From positions 1 through 64,000 of the forward strand of contig CAWCYI010000004.1 of NCBI GenBank assembly GCA_963799845.1: a stretch of 64,000 nucleotides of DNA. Direction: 5' to 3'. The stretch comes from an uncultured Nitrososphaerota archaeon. GTDB lineage: Archaea; Thermoproteota; Nitrososphaeria; Nitrososphaerales; CADDZS01. Shown here piece by piece: positions 21,250 to 30,248 of the stretch. Below the pieces are notes generated by a model that had not been told where the DNA came from, made no database searches, and saw only the letters and a program-made list of their open reading frames with translations. Each line of letters opens with the position of its first letter. Positions within the stretch are counted from its first letter, which is position 1. The position numbers and the translations under genes are program-made.

Positions 21250-21931
21250 CTTCATACTTTCCCTCCGAGAATTATTCGAGAATTCTTCGCGAGTTTCCTA
21301 CATTACGAGGGATATGGGAATTTTGCAATCAATGGTTGCTAATCTTGAAGCTAAAAAGAACGATGCAAGCTCACTGAAGAAACTTAAGATCTCAAAAAAT
21401 GACGAGGATTCTTCTAATGCATTGCTTAGCATTGAAGAGCTAATCGATGCAATGGGGGCAGAGTTAAAAATGTGGATTTCTCTGAAAGAAGATCAGCCCG
21501 ATAGGGCTTGGTCCCATCTTGTCGCTGCACAATTATCTATAACAAGAGCTCTTAATGCCCATGAAGTAGCTGAACAGGCTAATGCGAAAATTTACCAAAT
21601 TAAGCTTGATCAAATAGAACGAATTATTTTCCCTCCACAATTGTTCCAAAGTATCGGGATGACTGCTGAATCTCAGATCTGTTCAATATGCGATCTCGAT
21701 TACGATGATTGTGCTCATGTAATTGGCAGACCGTACATGGGAAAATTCTGTTACGTTACGTTGATCGGTATAGAAGCTGAAGAGGTCTCTTTGGTGGATG
21801 ACCCTGCAGATAAGGACGCGAGAGTAATCTCTTACACGGAGAATGGGCAGTGGATTAATAGAATGACGCTAAGACCAGATGATTCTGTAGAAGGAACCAC
21901 TGCCGGAGACCAAAAGCAAACCGGTTCATAG
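21230..21931 (+). CDS. Protein with Zn-binding CSIC..C.H...C motif and prohead-protease-like EVSLVDDPAD motif
   Basis: SIG...CSICDLDYDDCAHVIGRPYMGKFC...EEVSLVDDPADKDA. Confidence 0.65.
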   Translation: MDIQTANFILSLRELFENSSRVSYITRDMGILQSMVANLEAKKNDASSLKKLKISKNDEDSSNALLSIEELIDAMGAELKMWISLKEDQPDRAWSHLVAAQLSITRALNAHEVAEQANAKIYQIKLDQIERIIFPPQLFQSIGMTAESQICSICDLDYDDCAHVIGRPYMGKFCYVTLIGIEAEEVSLVDDPADKDARVISYTENGQWINRMTLRPDDSVEGTTAGDQKQTGS

Positions 21932-22082
21932 AGCTGATCTTACCCACGCTCATGAGTACCAGGTACTCAATAGTCCGACCAGGTCGTAATCTCGTCTCAG
22001 AGCATATTTCTCAGTTATGCAAAAGGACATCAAAACAGGTTTGCACACAATATTTTTAGGATCTCGCAACTTTTTTCATAAG

Positions 22083-22280
22083 TTACATCGCCGCCGTTAA
22101 GAATTCATCCTCTTCGACAGGTACGTAACATCTCTTGACGTATTTCACACCGGTCTTTTGTCTTCTCCTCTTATGTCGATAAACTCTGTATCTGAAAGTT
22201 CCACTCTTGTTTCGTATGTTTTGAAAGATAGGATTAGGATTCCATGCTAGTTTATTGCATTTGGGACAAACAACGACCAA
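22083..22280 (-). CDS. Small Zn-finger protein, copy C
   Basis: CPKCNKLAW...FRYRVYRH...KRCYV. Confidence 0.75.
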   Translation of the reverse strand: MVVVCPKCNKLAWNPNPIFQNIRNKSGTFRYRVYRHKRRRQKTGVKYVKRCYVPVEEDEFLTAAM

Positions 22281-22300
22281 ATCAAACCGCTCCGAGTTTG

Positions 22301-22425
22301 TTATACCACTACAGAGATAAATTCATTCAGCCGCACGATTAGCCAATTCCGGCACAATAGCGGTATAATCGGTTTTGAGCTGGGTAATTTGGCCCTACTT
22401 TGCAGGATAGTCAATTATACCACTA
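22301..22425 (-). promoter_or_regulatory. Structured site C: three arms TTATACC(A/G)CTA upstream of a Zn-finger gene
   Basis: TTATACCACTA 22301-22311, TAGCGGTATAA 22358-22368, TTATACCACTA 22415-22425. Confidence 0.7.
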
Positions 22426-22470
22426 GCCTCTTAAATAACTAAATAAGAGACCATGGCTTGAAAATAGCAC

Positions 22471-22698
22471 ATGTCTTACCCAGATAGGGACGAAGTCTCT
22501 GAGGATTCGAGTGCTAATCGTGCCTATCGGAAGCGTCTAGAAATTTTGGAATACGAGCTACGAGATTTCTGGAAGGGAGATAGCATCGAAAAATATTCAA
22601 ATGATCTCAAAAATTTTGCTTCTTCGATTGCCTCTGACGAGTCAGGCTATACGCTGTCGATCATTTGGGGAAAGAAGCGCCCTTATTGGGTAAAGTGA
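22471..22698 (+). CDS. Hypothetical protein
   Basis: 75-aa ORF with ATG and upstream TTAAATA TATA-like box. Confidence 0.45.
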   Translation: MSYPDRDEVSEDSSANRAYRKRLEILEYELRDFWKGDSIEKYSNDLKNFASSIASDESGYTLSIIWGKKRPYWVK

Positions 22699-22743
22699 TC
22701 CCGTCAGGATACTTTTAGCGTCTGGAATTATTACGCCAGATAT

Positions 22744-23524
22744 TCAGGAATAGTTAACCCGTTTGAGCTTGAACGTCAGTTTCTTGCCCTCTAGATCAAG
22801 ACTTGACTTTTCCAGAACGAGCTCCTTGCCGTAAAGCTCTTCGAGTATTTTTGCTCCGGCGCCGTAGTAAAAGCGATTTTCCTTGTAGTTGCTGGCGTTG
22901 AGGATCGTCAACAGTCACCTCAAACCCATCTTCCACCTTTCTGAACTGAAATAATCCCCACCCGGTTGCCCTGAGCCCATCCAGGATATTCTCTACAAGA
23001 ACCTCGGTGGTGGCGTTAGGGAGAGCTAGTCGATACTGCTTCAATACCTCTCCACCATAGATTTTTCCTTCGTCGAACATTATTCCGGCTGCTCCGGAGC
23101 CAATCTCGTCCGTCAACGATTTTTCTATCCTGAGAAGCGCATCCACACGCATTAGAATTATCCTGTCCTTGTTCATTATCGCGTTCGGGAACAGGAACCT
23201 GTCAAAGAGCCTTCCCTTCATGTCAGCACATAGAACTTTCTGGACAAAAGACAAACTTCGTAGCTCCGAGACAATCGTATCCGTCGTGCAGTCTGCCTTC
23301 GACATATCACAAAATGCATTGGAAACAAAAAAACGTTCATCTGCCTGATCCGGCGAGGCAGATATAGATCTGATGTCTATGCCGTGCCTCGAGTACACCT
23401 CTGCAACCTTTATGAAAGTTCCAGGCTTATCGATTCCGTAAACCAAGAACTCGAAGATGTGTTCCCCCTTTGGTTTGGTTATCGACAGGTATCTTGTAAA
23501 ATACTGGATATCTGGTTTGAACAA
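22744..23524 (-). CDS. ACT-domain + V4R-like sensor protein (frameshift near 3' end)
   Basis: DKPGTFIKVAEVYSRHGIDI (ACT); AAGIMFDEGKIYG...GWG (V4R-like); alternative frame RFYYGAGAKILEELYG ends at TGA 22744. Confidence 0.7.
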
Positions 23525-23716
23525 CAGGAATTTCTTTCAAACAAGAGTCCGGCTGCTATTGGGTCATATAACTTAACGACGCTGTGTCAGTACGGAGAAT
23601 CCGCTCTCACTTCTTGAGTTGATTCACTTTTCCGGCAGGCTTCCCGAATTTAATTAAGAGCCCAATCATTCATTCCAAATTATCTCCCTCCAAAAATAAT
23701 TTTCCAGTCCAGGCTC

Positions 23717-24040
23717 TCAATCTAGAAACTTCGTGCGCGCTTCAGAAATCGCTTCTGAAAGAGTGATGCCATCTCTTGGATTCAGATTGAAATAGGTTTT
23801 GATTTCACGAATGACGAGTTTTTCAATGAATGAATAGCCCGCCTGCCCCAATATTTTTTGAAGATACTCCAGCAGTTCAAATGGTCGGGATTGAAGCTGA
23901 TTGGGCTGCAAGCCGTACTCCGAGACAACCTGATGGTACAACGCCAGTTTTGCAGTTTCTCCCAGCGTAGAAAGGGCCTTGTCAATGCACTGGAAAATGG
24001 TCCCATTGAAGCCTTTCTCGGACTGTGTGCCATTTCTCAA
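23717..24040 (-). CDS. Small helical protein (NitrOD5/DUF3227-like)
   Basis: IDKALSTLGE...RPFELLEYLQKILG..G..FIEKLV pattern. Confidence 0.6.
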   Translation of the reverse strand: MRNGTQSEKGFNGTIFQCIDKALSTLGETAKLALYHQVVSEYGLQPNQLQSRPFELLEYLQKILGQAGYSFIEKLVIREIKTYFNLNPRDGITLSEAISEARTKFLD

Positions 24041-24076
24041 GATTCTTCAATTCCAAAAAAACGTCTCCAGATCTTT

Positions 24077-24394
24077 TCAATCAGAATAGACTTTTTGCCT
24101 AGCTTTTCTCAAAACCTCAGAAAGTGTGCTGTCCTTTTCTTCGGGCTCTAATGCCAGATCGAACTCTGCAACTATTTCTCTCGAGATCAGTCTCTCCAGG
24201 AAATCGACCCCCGTGGGGCCGAAGAGCCTTCCCAGTACCTCTTCCAAAGCGCCGGGGTTTGTTGCGATCTCATCTTTATGGATTCCAAACTCTCGCTTTA
24301 GCATCGCATAGACGACGTTCATGACTTTGAGTCCCAGTGCCTGCTCAAGGGACTTGGAGATCTTCTCGCCGAATTCTTCATCCATTTTCTTCAA
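24077..24394 (-). CDS. Small helical protein (NitrOD5/DUF3227-like), tandem paralogue
   Basis: LEQALG...EI..NP..LEEVLGRLFG..G..FLERLI. Confidence 0.6.
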   Translation of the reverse strand: MKKMDEEFGEKISKSLEQALGLKVMNVVYAMLKREFGIHKDEIATNPGALEEVLGRLFGPTGVDFLERLISREIVAEFDLALEPEEKDSTLSEVLRKARQKVYSD

Positions 24395-24582
24395 TCAAAC
24401 ATCAATGACTCCATAGATGCTAAAGATCCCTCAATTTGTCTGAAGTTTGTCGAACGACGGGATCTGCAAAATTGTGTCAGATTACAGGCTTATAGGGACA
24501 ATGTGTCGAGTTGACAGATCTGAATTACTTTCGAACACAAACCAACACATAAATCTGAGTTAGATCATCGAAGTTATCGGGA

Positions 24583-25122
24583 ATGTCGTCAAGGAGCACT
24601 ACGAGGACGATTAGAATTGATGGCGACCTAGATCAAAAAATTGAGAAGATGGCCAAGACAGAGAGAACTTCGGTCAATTTTGTTGCAAACTCTGCGATTC
24701 GAGAATACGTCGAATGGTGCACGGTGGGACGAAAATTCGGCATAGCGTCATTTCCCCTTTTGCTCGTCGACAAACTGATCCAGAAATTCAATGAGAAAGA
24801 ATGTGAAGACCTAGGAAAATGGGCTGCACGAGAAACATTCATGCCATTCGCGGAATATCAGTTCGGAGAAATTACGTTCGAATCTTTCCTCGAAGTTTTC
24901 AGAAGATTTGGAAAATATTCGGGGCGATACAAATTTGATGACACCCAGAATGGTTCTCAGTGCATCATTTTTCTCAAGCACGGCTCGGGCCGGAGATGGT
25001 CTCACTACTACAACGGTCTCTTACAATCAATATTTGGGGAAATGAATACGGGGGCTATAAGGACGGAGTTGACAGACGATCTGCTCGTCGTAAAGATCGA
25101 TCAGGCGGTCGGAAAGAAGTGA
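24583..25122 (+). CDS. Ribbon-helix-helix regulator with C-terminal V4R/H-NOX-like domain
   Basis: TRTIRIDGDLDQKIEKMAKTERTSVNFVANSAIREY RHH; C-terminal H..G..WS.Y motif. Confidence 0.7.
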   Translation: MSSRSTTRTIRIDGDLDQKIEKMAKTERTSVNFVANSAIREYVEWCTVGRKFGIASFPLLLVDKLIQKFNEKECEDLGKWAARETFMPFAEYQFGEITFESFLEVFRRFGKYSGRYKFDDTQNGSQCIIFLKHGSGRRWSHYYNGLLQSIFGEMNTGAIRTELTDDLLVVKIDQAVGKK

Positions 25123-25685
25123 CCTCCATCTTTGCCAATCGGTGTCGCTCTGAGCAAGATGGAATCGTGAAATTCGATTAGTGGCGGTATATTTACCGGA
25201 TCGAGGGAGCATAGTGCGTTCTTCTCAGCCATGCACAAAAACGCGGGCCTCCGGGTTGTTGTATCGCTATCGATGAATTGCTCGATTGCTTTTCTATCAC
25301 CATACATGTCGTAGAATTCCACAGGGAATTGCCCTACTAATGAAACGTGGAGCCCCATCTTCTTACTCCTCTCAAGAATGTCTCTGTAAAATCTCTCGAA
25401 TGATGACAGACTCGGCGGTCTTCCAAATGCCTGGGCATTATCAACGAAAAGGAATGTTCCTTTTGTTAGGGCTTTCTTCATGGCCCGAAGATTTTTGCTA
25501 CTGTTCAACAGTCGAATGATGCGCTCTTTCTGTTGTAAGAACACAACGACGAAATCCTTTCTTTTTAGAGCGCACTCCACAAAAAGGATGGCAAGAGAAT
25601 CTCTTTCAATAAGGTCATCATAAACTACAAGAAAATGATCTCCGGGTCTCATAGACCTAACGAAGGTCGATCTTTCTTCTAGCAA
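25101..25685 (-). CDS. MEDS-domain sensory protein
   Basis: GDHFLVVYDD N-terminal motif; E....D, LC and FHD C-terminal motifs. Confidence 0.65.
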   Translation of the reverse strand: MLEERSTFVRSMRPGDHFLVVYDDLIERDSLAILFVECALKRKDFVVVFLQQKERIIRLLNSSKNLRAMKKALTKGTFLFVDNAQAFGRPPSLSSFERFYRDILERSKKMGLHVSLVGQFPVEFYDMYGDRKAIEQFIDSDTTTRRPAFLCMAEKNALCSLDPVNIPPLIEFHDSILLRATPIGKDGGHFFPTA

Positions 25686-25898
25686 TGATTGCTATCCATC
25701 AGCTGCCATTTCGGTGCTTTTTGAACTTATGGGAGTTACTTTCACCAGTAAGTCAATCTTCTACACACGATCGGGCTAAATTTGTGTGCAACGAAATGAG
25801 AATATTTCTCTAGGGCGCAGGGGGTTTCTTACGATTTTTCGGAGCCTTCTTAGTATTATCGGGATAAAGAAAAAAGTTCCTATTCCCAAAAAACACAG

Positions 25899-26291
25899 AT
25901 GTCCTGGATTGAATGTAAGAAACATCCCAGTGTGTACTACGAGTCGTCGGTCATCAAGACATGCCCAATTTGTCTCAATGGTTTTCTAAAAAATGCCCTG
26001 CTCAAATGGGCAATGGTAGACTTCGACAATCTACTCTACGAAAAATCGTTGCTGAAGTGGAGCAGACTCGCTCTTCATGCCATCAATCGAACAATAAGCG
26101 AAGAAGAAAAGATCCAATGTGATTCAGATGCCGAATCTGCGTATGTGAAAGCAACGGAGCTTCAGAAAACAATTACTGCGGAATACAAGGAACTGATAGG
26201 GTACCTTATTGAACAAGATATTTCCTTGATTTTTTCTGCCAAAGAGATGGATTCCCTGCGAAAAAGACTCGTTGAACTCTGCTCTAAATAA
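25899..26291 (+). CDS. Hypothetical protein with N-terminal CxxH...CxxC motif
   Basis: MSWIECKKH...TCPIC. Confidence 0.55.
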   Translation: MSWIECKKHPSVYYESSVIKTCPICLNGFLKNALLKWAMVDFDNLLYEKSLLKWSRLALHAINRTISEEEKIQCDSDAESAYVKATELQKTITAEYKELIGYLIEQDISLIFSAKEMDSLRKRLVELCSK

Positions 26292-26415
26292 ATCGGGATA
26301 GTTTTATTTTTCTGTGCACGCGTAGAATCTGACAAGAGCACAGGTGAAAAGACCATTCGTTACCTGTGCACTTGACAGGAGAGATCAATGAAATTGAAGA
26401 ACCATAATCACACAG

Positions 26416-26427
26416 AGCGCGCGCGCT
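26416..26427. repeat. Palindrome AGCGCGCGCGCT (copy 1 of 5)
   Basis: Exact copies also at 39441, 39509 and 42123; one-mismatch copy at 39790. Confidence 0.85.
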
Positions 26428-26440
26428 TGTACCGTGAATA

Positions 26441-26573
26441 TGTGTGTAACTGTGCGGAGAGATTTGTAAGGCATGTTAGGGGGGTTATTCGCTACTTACA
26501 CACAAGATTTTTGGAAAAGGATGAGATTGAATAATCTGAACATTCGCATCATGGAGCCGTGAGTTGTGTGTAA
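26441..26573 (+). promoter_or_regulatory. Structured site B: arms TGTGTGTAA / TTACACACAA / TTGTGTGTAA around an ATGTTAGGGGG core
   Basis: Arms at 26441-26449, 26496-26505 and 26564-26573; the last abuts the Zn-finger ATG. Confidence 0.7.
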
Positions 26574-26761
26574 TGTCAATATTGTGTGCTAAGAAGGGCT
26601 GCGGCAGATTGGCCATGTCCAAAGTCAGAGTGACTTTGCAAGGCAAGAACGGAGAAACTTGGGAATACGACAGGTTCGTTCACTACAACCGAGTAGACAA
26701 GAGAAGGAAGGGGCGGCAGGCTCCTAGAACGTACCATTATGTCAGAGTGAAGGCTTCCTAG
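26573..26761 (+). CDS. Small Zn-finger protein, copy B
   Basis: MSILCAKKGCGRLA...WEYDRFVH...YHYVRV. Confidence 0.7.
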   Translation: MSILCAKKGCGRLAMSKVRVTLQGKNGETWEYDRFVHYNRVDKRRKGRQAPRTYHYVRVKAS

Positions 26762-27414
26762 TCGCGATCTAATTCTAATGCTCGGATTACTTTTGGTGAC
26801 CGCAAACAGAAAGTTGCAGATTCTTTGGCTCATAAAGCAGCTCGATGATCCTCCGCCTCGTTGAGTCGTTCAATGTCTTGTGGAGAGATGACCAGTCTAC
26901 GTCGAAATCGCACCCATGAAACTTTACTCCCCGATTTCAAGACTCTTGATAACGACGATTATCACTCGGTTATCAAGAACGGGCAAAAAGGTTGAGCGAG
27001 TTTGAGCTCAGTTCCCATGACTAACTTCTAATTGCGGATCCTGATTCTCTGCAAAATTTGGCCGTGCGGCTCCGTACGAATCTTGAGGGCAAATTTCCCT
27101 CAAGCTTCCCCGTAGCGCAGCAGCCGAGGTATGCAGCCCCGCGGTAGTTCAGAGAAGGAGCATCGTGGCTCGAACTAGCTCGATAAGAGATCAGACCGTC
27201 ATGAAATATCTCTTCTTTGTAAGATAGTTTAATGCACCCATGGTGAAAATCATGTCAGGGTAGTTTTTCTATTTAGCGCAATCCCCGATTTCACGAATTG
27301 CAATTAATATCATCTTTGCACGTTTGCCCTGAAGAACTGTACTGGACTATAGATTGGCCAGTAAAACGGAATAGGTCCCTTCAACGAGTTCCGCGTACAG
27401 CCGGTAGAAGAGCT

Positions 27415-27774
27415 TCACTTGGAAGCTCTTGGTGAAGCTGATGTCAATTCACCAAAATTGGCCATCAGATAATTCACAATTTTTGGAACAGTTGCTTGCT
27501 TCTCGGAGTGGCTCATAGAAACACGGACTGCCCACCACGACAGCACTTTAGCGCCTCCATAATATTCATAGATTCGATAGACTCTTAGGTATTTTTCGCG
27601 TCTTGAAGTTTGGGAGATTGCTTCCAAAAGTCGATTGTAATTCTCGATTATGCGTTTGTTTGAGGCTTCAGGAAATTTTATGATTCTCGAATTTCGCTCG
27701 TCGTAAAAATATCCATAGGTTTTCGTGTGATCAAGGCCGAGATACCGAAGCCTATTTGCAAAATCAAATTTCAA
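27415..27774 (-). CDS. Hypothetical protein (possibly N-terminally truncated)
   Basis: 119-aa ORF, no motif recognised. Confidence 0.45.
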   Translation of the reverse strand: MKFDFANRLRYLGLDHTKTYGYFYDERNSRIIKFPEASNKRIIENYNRLLEAISQTSRREKYLRVYRIYEYYGGAKVLSWWAVRVSMSHSEKQATVPKIVNYLMANFGELTSASPRASK

Positions 27775-27920
27775 GTCGACGGTGACTATCAGTATCGCCT
27801 AAGCAGCAAATACTATCGTGCCGCAAAAAGACTTACTTTTGATTAATTCCCGACGCCATCCTGAGACCGGGGGGAACTTAGGCCGTGGAAGTGGTACCAC
27901 GGTCGTGTGTGCCAGACATT

Positions 27921-27943
27921 ACAGATGTAACTGTTACATCTGT
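27921..27943. repeat. Perfect 11-bp inverted repeat ACAGATGTAAC-T-GTTACATCTGT
   Basis: Seen directly, just downstream of the ATPase pair. Confidence 0.75.
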
Positions 27944-27956
27944 TACAATACTAACG

Positions 27957-29027
27957 TTAACCTGCCGATTCAACGACTTCTAAGGATATCCTCGGCAAAC
28001 CTTGGTTTATTGCTCTTTGAATAGAATTCTTAGCCTCAAGCATAGCTTTCCTGAGACGATATCCATCTGACTCATACTCTTTGAAGAGGAAAGAAATCGC
28101 TTTTGACTCAAAAACTTCTGATAGCTCCACTTTGGGATCCACTACCTTTATTCTTGTCTCAATTACTGAACTGAAACCTGCTTCATCGAGTCTTGGAATT
28201 TCAAATTGTTGATCGATATCATTTTTCCTCGCTTCACAGAAGGACTCGGAGGACTCATATTCAGGATGAGCTGCGACTATGATCGCCTTGTCGATTTTTG
28301 AAAGCGCCGGCACGATCTCCCCAAAAAATTTAGGGACAAGGTCAGATCTGTCCAGATCGTTTCGCTTTAGAAACTTGTCTGTATCGTCGATGAAGAATGT
28401 TGGTATCAATCCCATTGCTTCAATAGTTCCACACAGGTCGGATATGCAATTGACACGTTCTATGTTGTACATCTTCTGCTCAATGGATTTACTCGTAAAA
28501 GTCTCAAGATCGGAAGATACTTCGGCTTTAACACTGAAAATTGCAGGGATTATTGATAACGCTCCCTTTACGGTCCCTCCAAGTGTCTTCTTTTTTGATT
28601 CAACATAGCTCACTTTTGTGGCGATCGCATCCCTCGCTAGGGTCCTTGTTTCCTCATCTACCCCATTCAAAGAGTTCAAGCATACGTTGAGCTGAACTAA
28701 TATATTCTGTACGAAACTTTCGATGGAGGAGCATACAATGGCTGGATCCATTAACAATGGGCTCAAAATTATCGGGAACACGTTGCATCCAACTAAAAGC
28801 GTGTAATTGACAAAGGAACTCTTGCCGCAACCTCTATCGCCAATTACTATCACACACTCCCTGTTGGAGATCGCTTGCCCTAGTCTTTTTTCGATGTCAA
28901 ATTTCGTTGTCTCGCCGAATGGTTTGTATAGATACTTTATTTCTTGGATCGGAACTTCCGTATGGATAAAAGCGTTGCAACTATTGAGTATTTCGAGAAA
29001 TGATTCCTCTTTTGATACCTTGGTCAA
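27957..29027 (-). CDS. P-loop AAA+/STAND-like ATPase (second of pair)
   Basis: Walker A GDRGCGKS, Walker B FFIDDTDK. Confidence 0.8.
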   Translation of the reverse strand: MTKVSKEESFLEILNSCNAFIHTEVPIQEIKYLYKPFGETTKFDIEKRLGQAISNRECVIVIGDRGCGKSSFVNYTLLVGCNVFPIILSPLLMDPAIVCSSIESFVQNILVQLNVCLNSLNGVDEETRTLARDAIATKVSYVESKKKTLGGTVKGALSIIPAIFSVKAEVSSDLETFTSKSIEQKMYNIERVNCISDLCGTIEAMGLIPTFFIDDTDKFLKRNDLDRSDLVPKFFGEIVPALSKIDKAIIVAAHPEYESSESFCEARKNDIDQQFEIPRLDEAGFSSVIETRIKVVDPKVELSEVFESKAISFLFKEYESDGYRLRKAMLEAKNSIQRAINQGLPRISLEVVESAG

Positions 29028-29031
29028 GCTC

Positions 29032-30135
29032 TCACCTACTCTTCAAGCCGTAGAGCCGTTTTCTAGTCTTTCGATCGTAAATTGAATTAAGATATCCTTG
29101 TTTCAACATCTGTCGCAGTTTTCGTGTAATTGCCGCGCGCTTCAGTCGCGTGTAATCTTGAAGCTTTGGGTCTGATGCCGAAGATGGCCCATTTGTCTCA
29201 AGGTATCGGACTATTTCGCGCGAGGCGGGATCGAGTTTCATGACATTTTCTGAAGGGGTAACGAGCCGAGCCAAGTTTTCGTCTGAGATCTGGTGATCTA
29301 ATTGTAGCATATCGATCTTGCCCGATTCGGATTTAAGATATATTTCCCTTAACAGACTTAGAATCCTGCTTGGATTCCCTTTACTTGATTCATAAATCAA
29401 GCCGAGAGATTTTTCTGACATCTTTAGCCCCGGTAGCCGCGATTGAATCAGTTCTCTTGTCTTTTCTTTGTCAAACGTCTGGATCCTCACGACCTGGTCA
29501 AGAAAAGCTTCAGACAACCTAGTCTTATACAAGTCCTGTTCTTCTACAGTGCCTACGAATACAAATGGCGCCTTGGCCCTCCAAAAAGTCTCCCTTAATG
29601 AAACCAAGACATCACGGAATAATTCAGGTAATTTATCGGTCTCGTCGACCAAGAAAACGGGCTTCCTTGCCGACTTTTGAAACTCGCTAACCAGATCTAC
29701 AAAGGCATTAAGCGCTTCATACTCACGCTGGATAAGAACTGAGCTTGAATCTTTTACAAAATCCGGCTTCGAGGCAGAGTTTCTTGTTGACGAATTACCC
29801 AGAAGGCGACTCATGATGGTTCCCGCCTTTGATTTTGAAAGATCATCGAGTTTTCCAGAGATCGCAGAAATTAGGATAACAATGAAATCTAACGGAGTTT
29901 TTGTTTGAAGCGGAAGGTCCACAGGGATCAAGACAAATTCCTTTCGACTTCGAAAGAGATATTGTATCTTGTTCAGTAGAGTAGTCTTTCCTGACCCGTA
30001 TTCCCCCAGTATCAAGACATTCAGGTTTCCTTCTATGGCTCTTGTTATCGATTCGACTTCGACTTCTCGATCGATGAAAAGTTTCATATCAAATGACGTC
30101 GGTAGGAGAGGTGCTAAGGAGACGCGAACCGACAT
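29032..30135 (-). CDS. Archaeal AAA+/STAND-like ATPase with C-terminal wHTH (first of pair)
   Basis: FIDREVE, GEYGSGKT, FLVDETD, SKGNP, C-terminal LKRAAITRKLRQMLKQGYL wHTH. Confidence 0.85.
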   Translation of the reverse strand: MSVRVSLAPLLPTSFDMKLFIDREVEVESITRAIEGNLNVLILGEYGSGKTTLLNKIQYLFRSRKEFVLIPVDLPLQTKTPLDFIVILISAISGKLDDLSKSKAGTIMSRLLGNSSTRNSASKPDFVKDSSSVLIQREYEALNAFVDLVSEFQKSARKPVFLVDETDKLPELFRDVLVSLRETFWRAKAPFVFVGTVEEQDLYKTRLSEAFLDQVVRIQTFDKEKTRELIQSRLPGLKMSEKSLGLIYESSKGNPSRILSLLREIYLKSESGKIDMLQLDHQISDENLARLVTPSENVMKLDPASREIVRYLETNGPSSASDPKLQDYTRLKRAAITRKLRQMLKQGYLNSIYDRKTRKRLYGLKSR

Positions 30136-30187
30136 GTGTTACCTTAGTACACATGTATCTGTTAATTAAGTTATGCTGGTAACACAT
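30134..30187. promoter_or_regulatory. Inverted repeat ATGTGTTACC...GGTAACACAT bracketing a TTAATTAA TATA-like box of the ATPase operon
   Basis: 10-bp perfect arms at 30134-30143 and 30178-30187. Confidence 0.6.
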
Positions 30188-30248
30188 AGGCTGTCCCTAT
30201 CGTGGGTTCAAGTTCACTCACTAGAACGGGCTTGGCTTAGCCTGAATC

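Noticed and set aside
20722-21931. Provirus morphogenesis module
   Set aside because: Only a protease-like motif is present; no recognisable terminase, portal, capsid or tail genes nearby.
27108-27175. tRNA-like 5' segments (CCCGTAGCGCAG, CCGCGGTAGTTCAG)
   Set aside because: No anticodon arm, T arm or pairing acceptor stem could be built.
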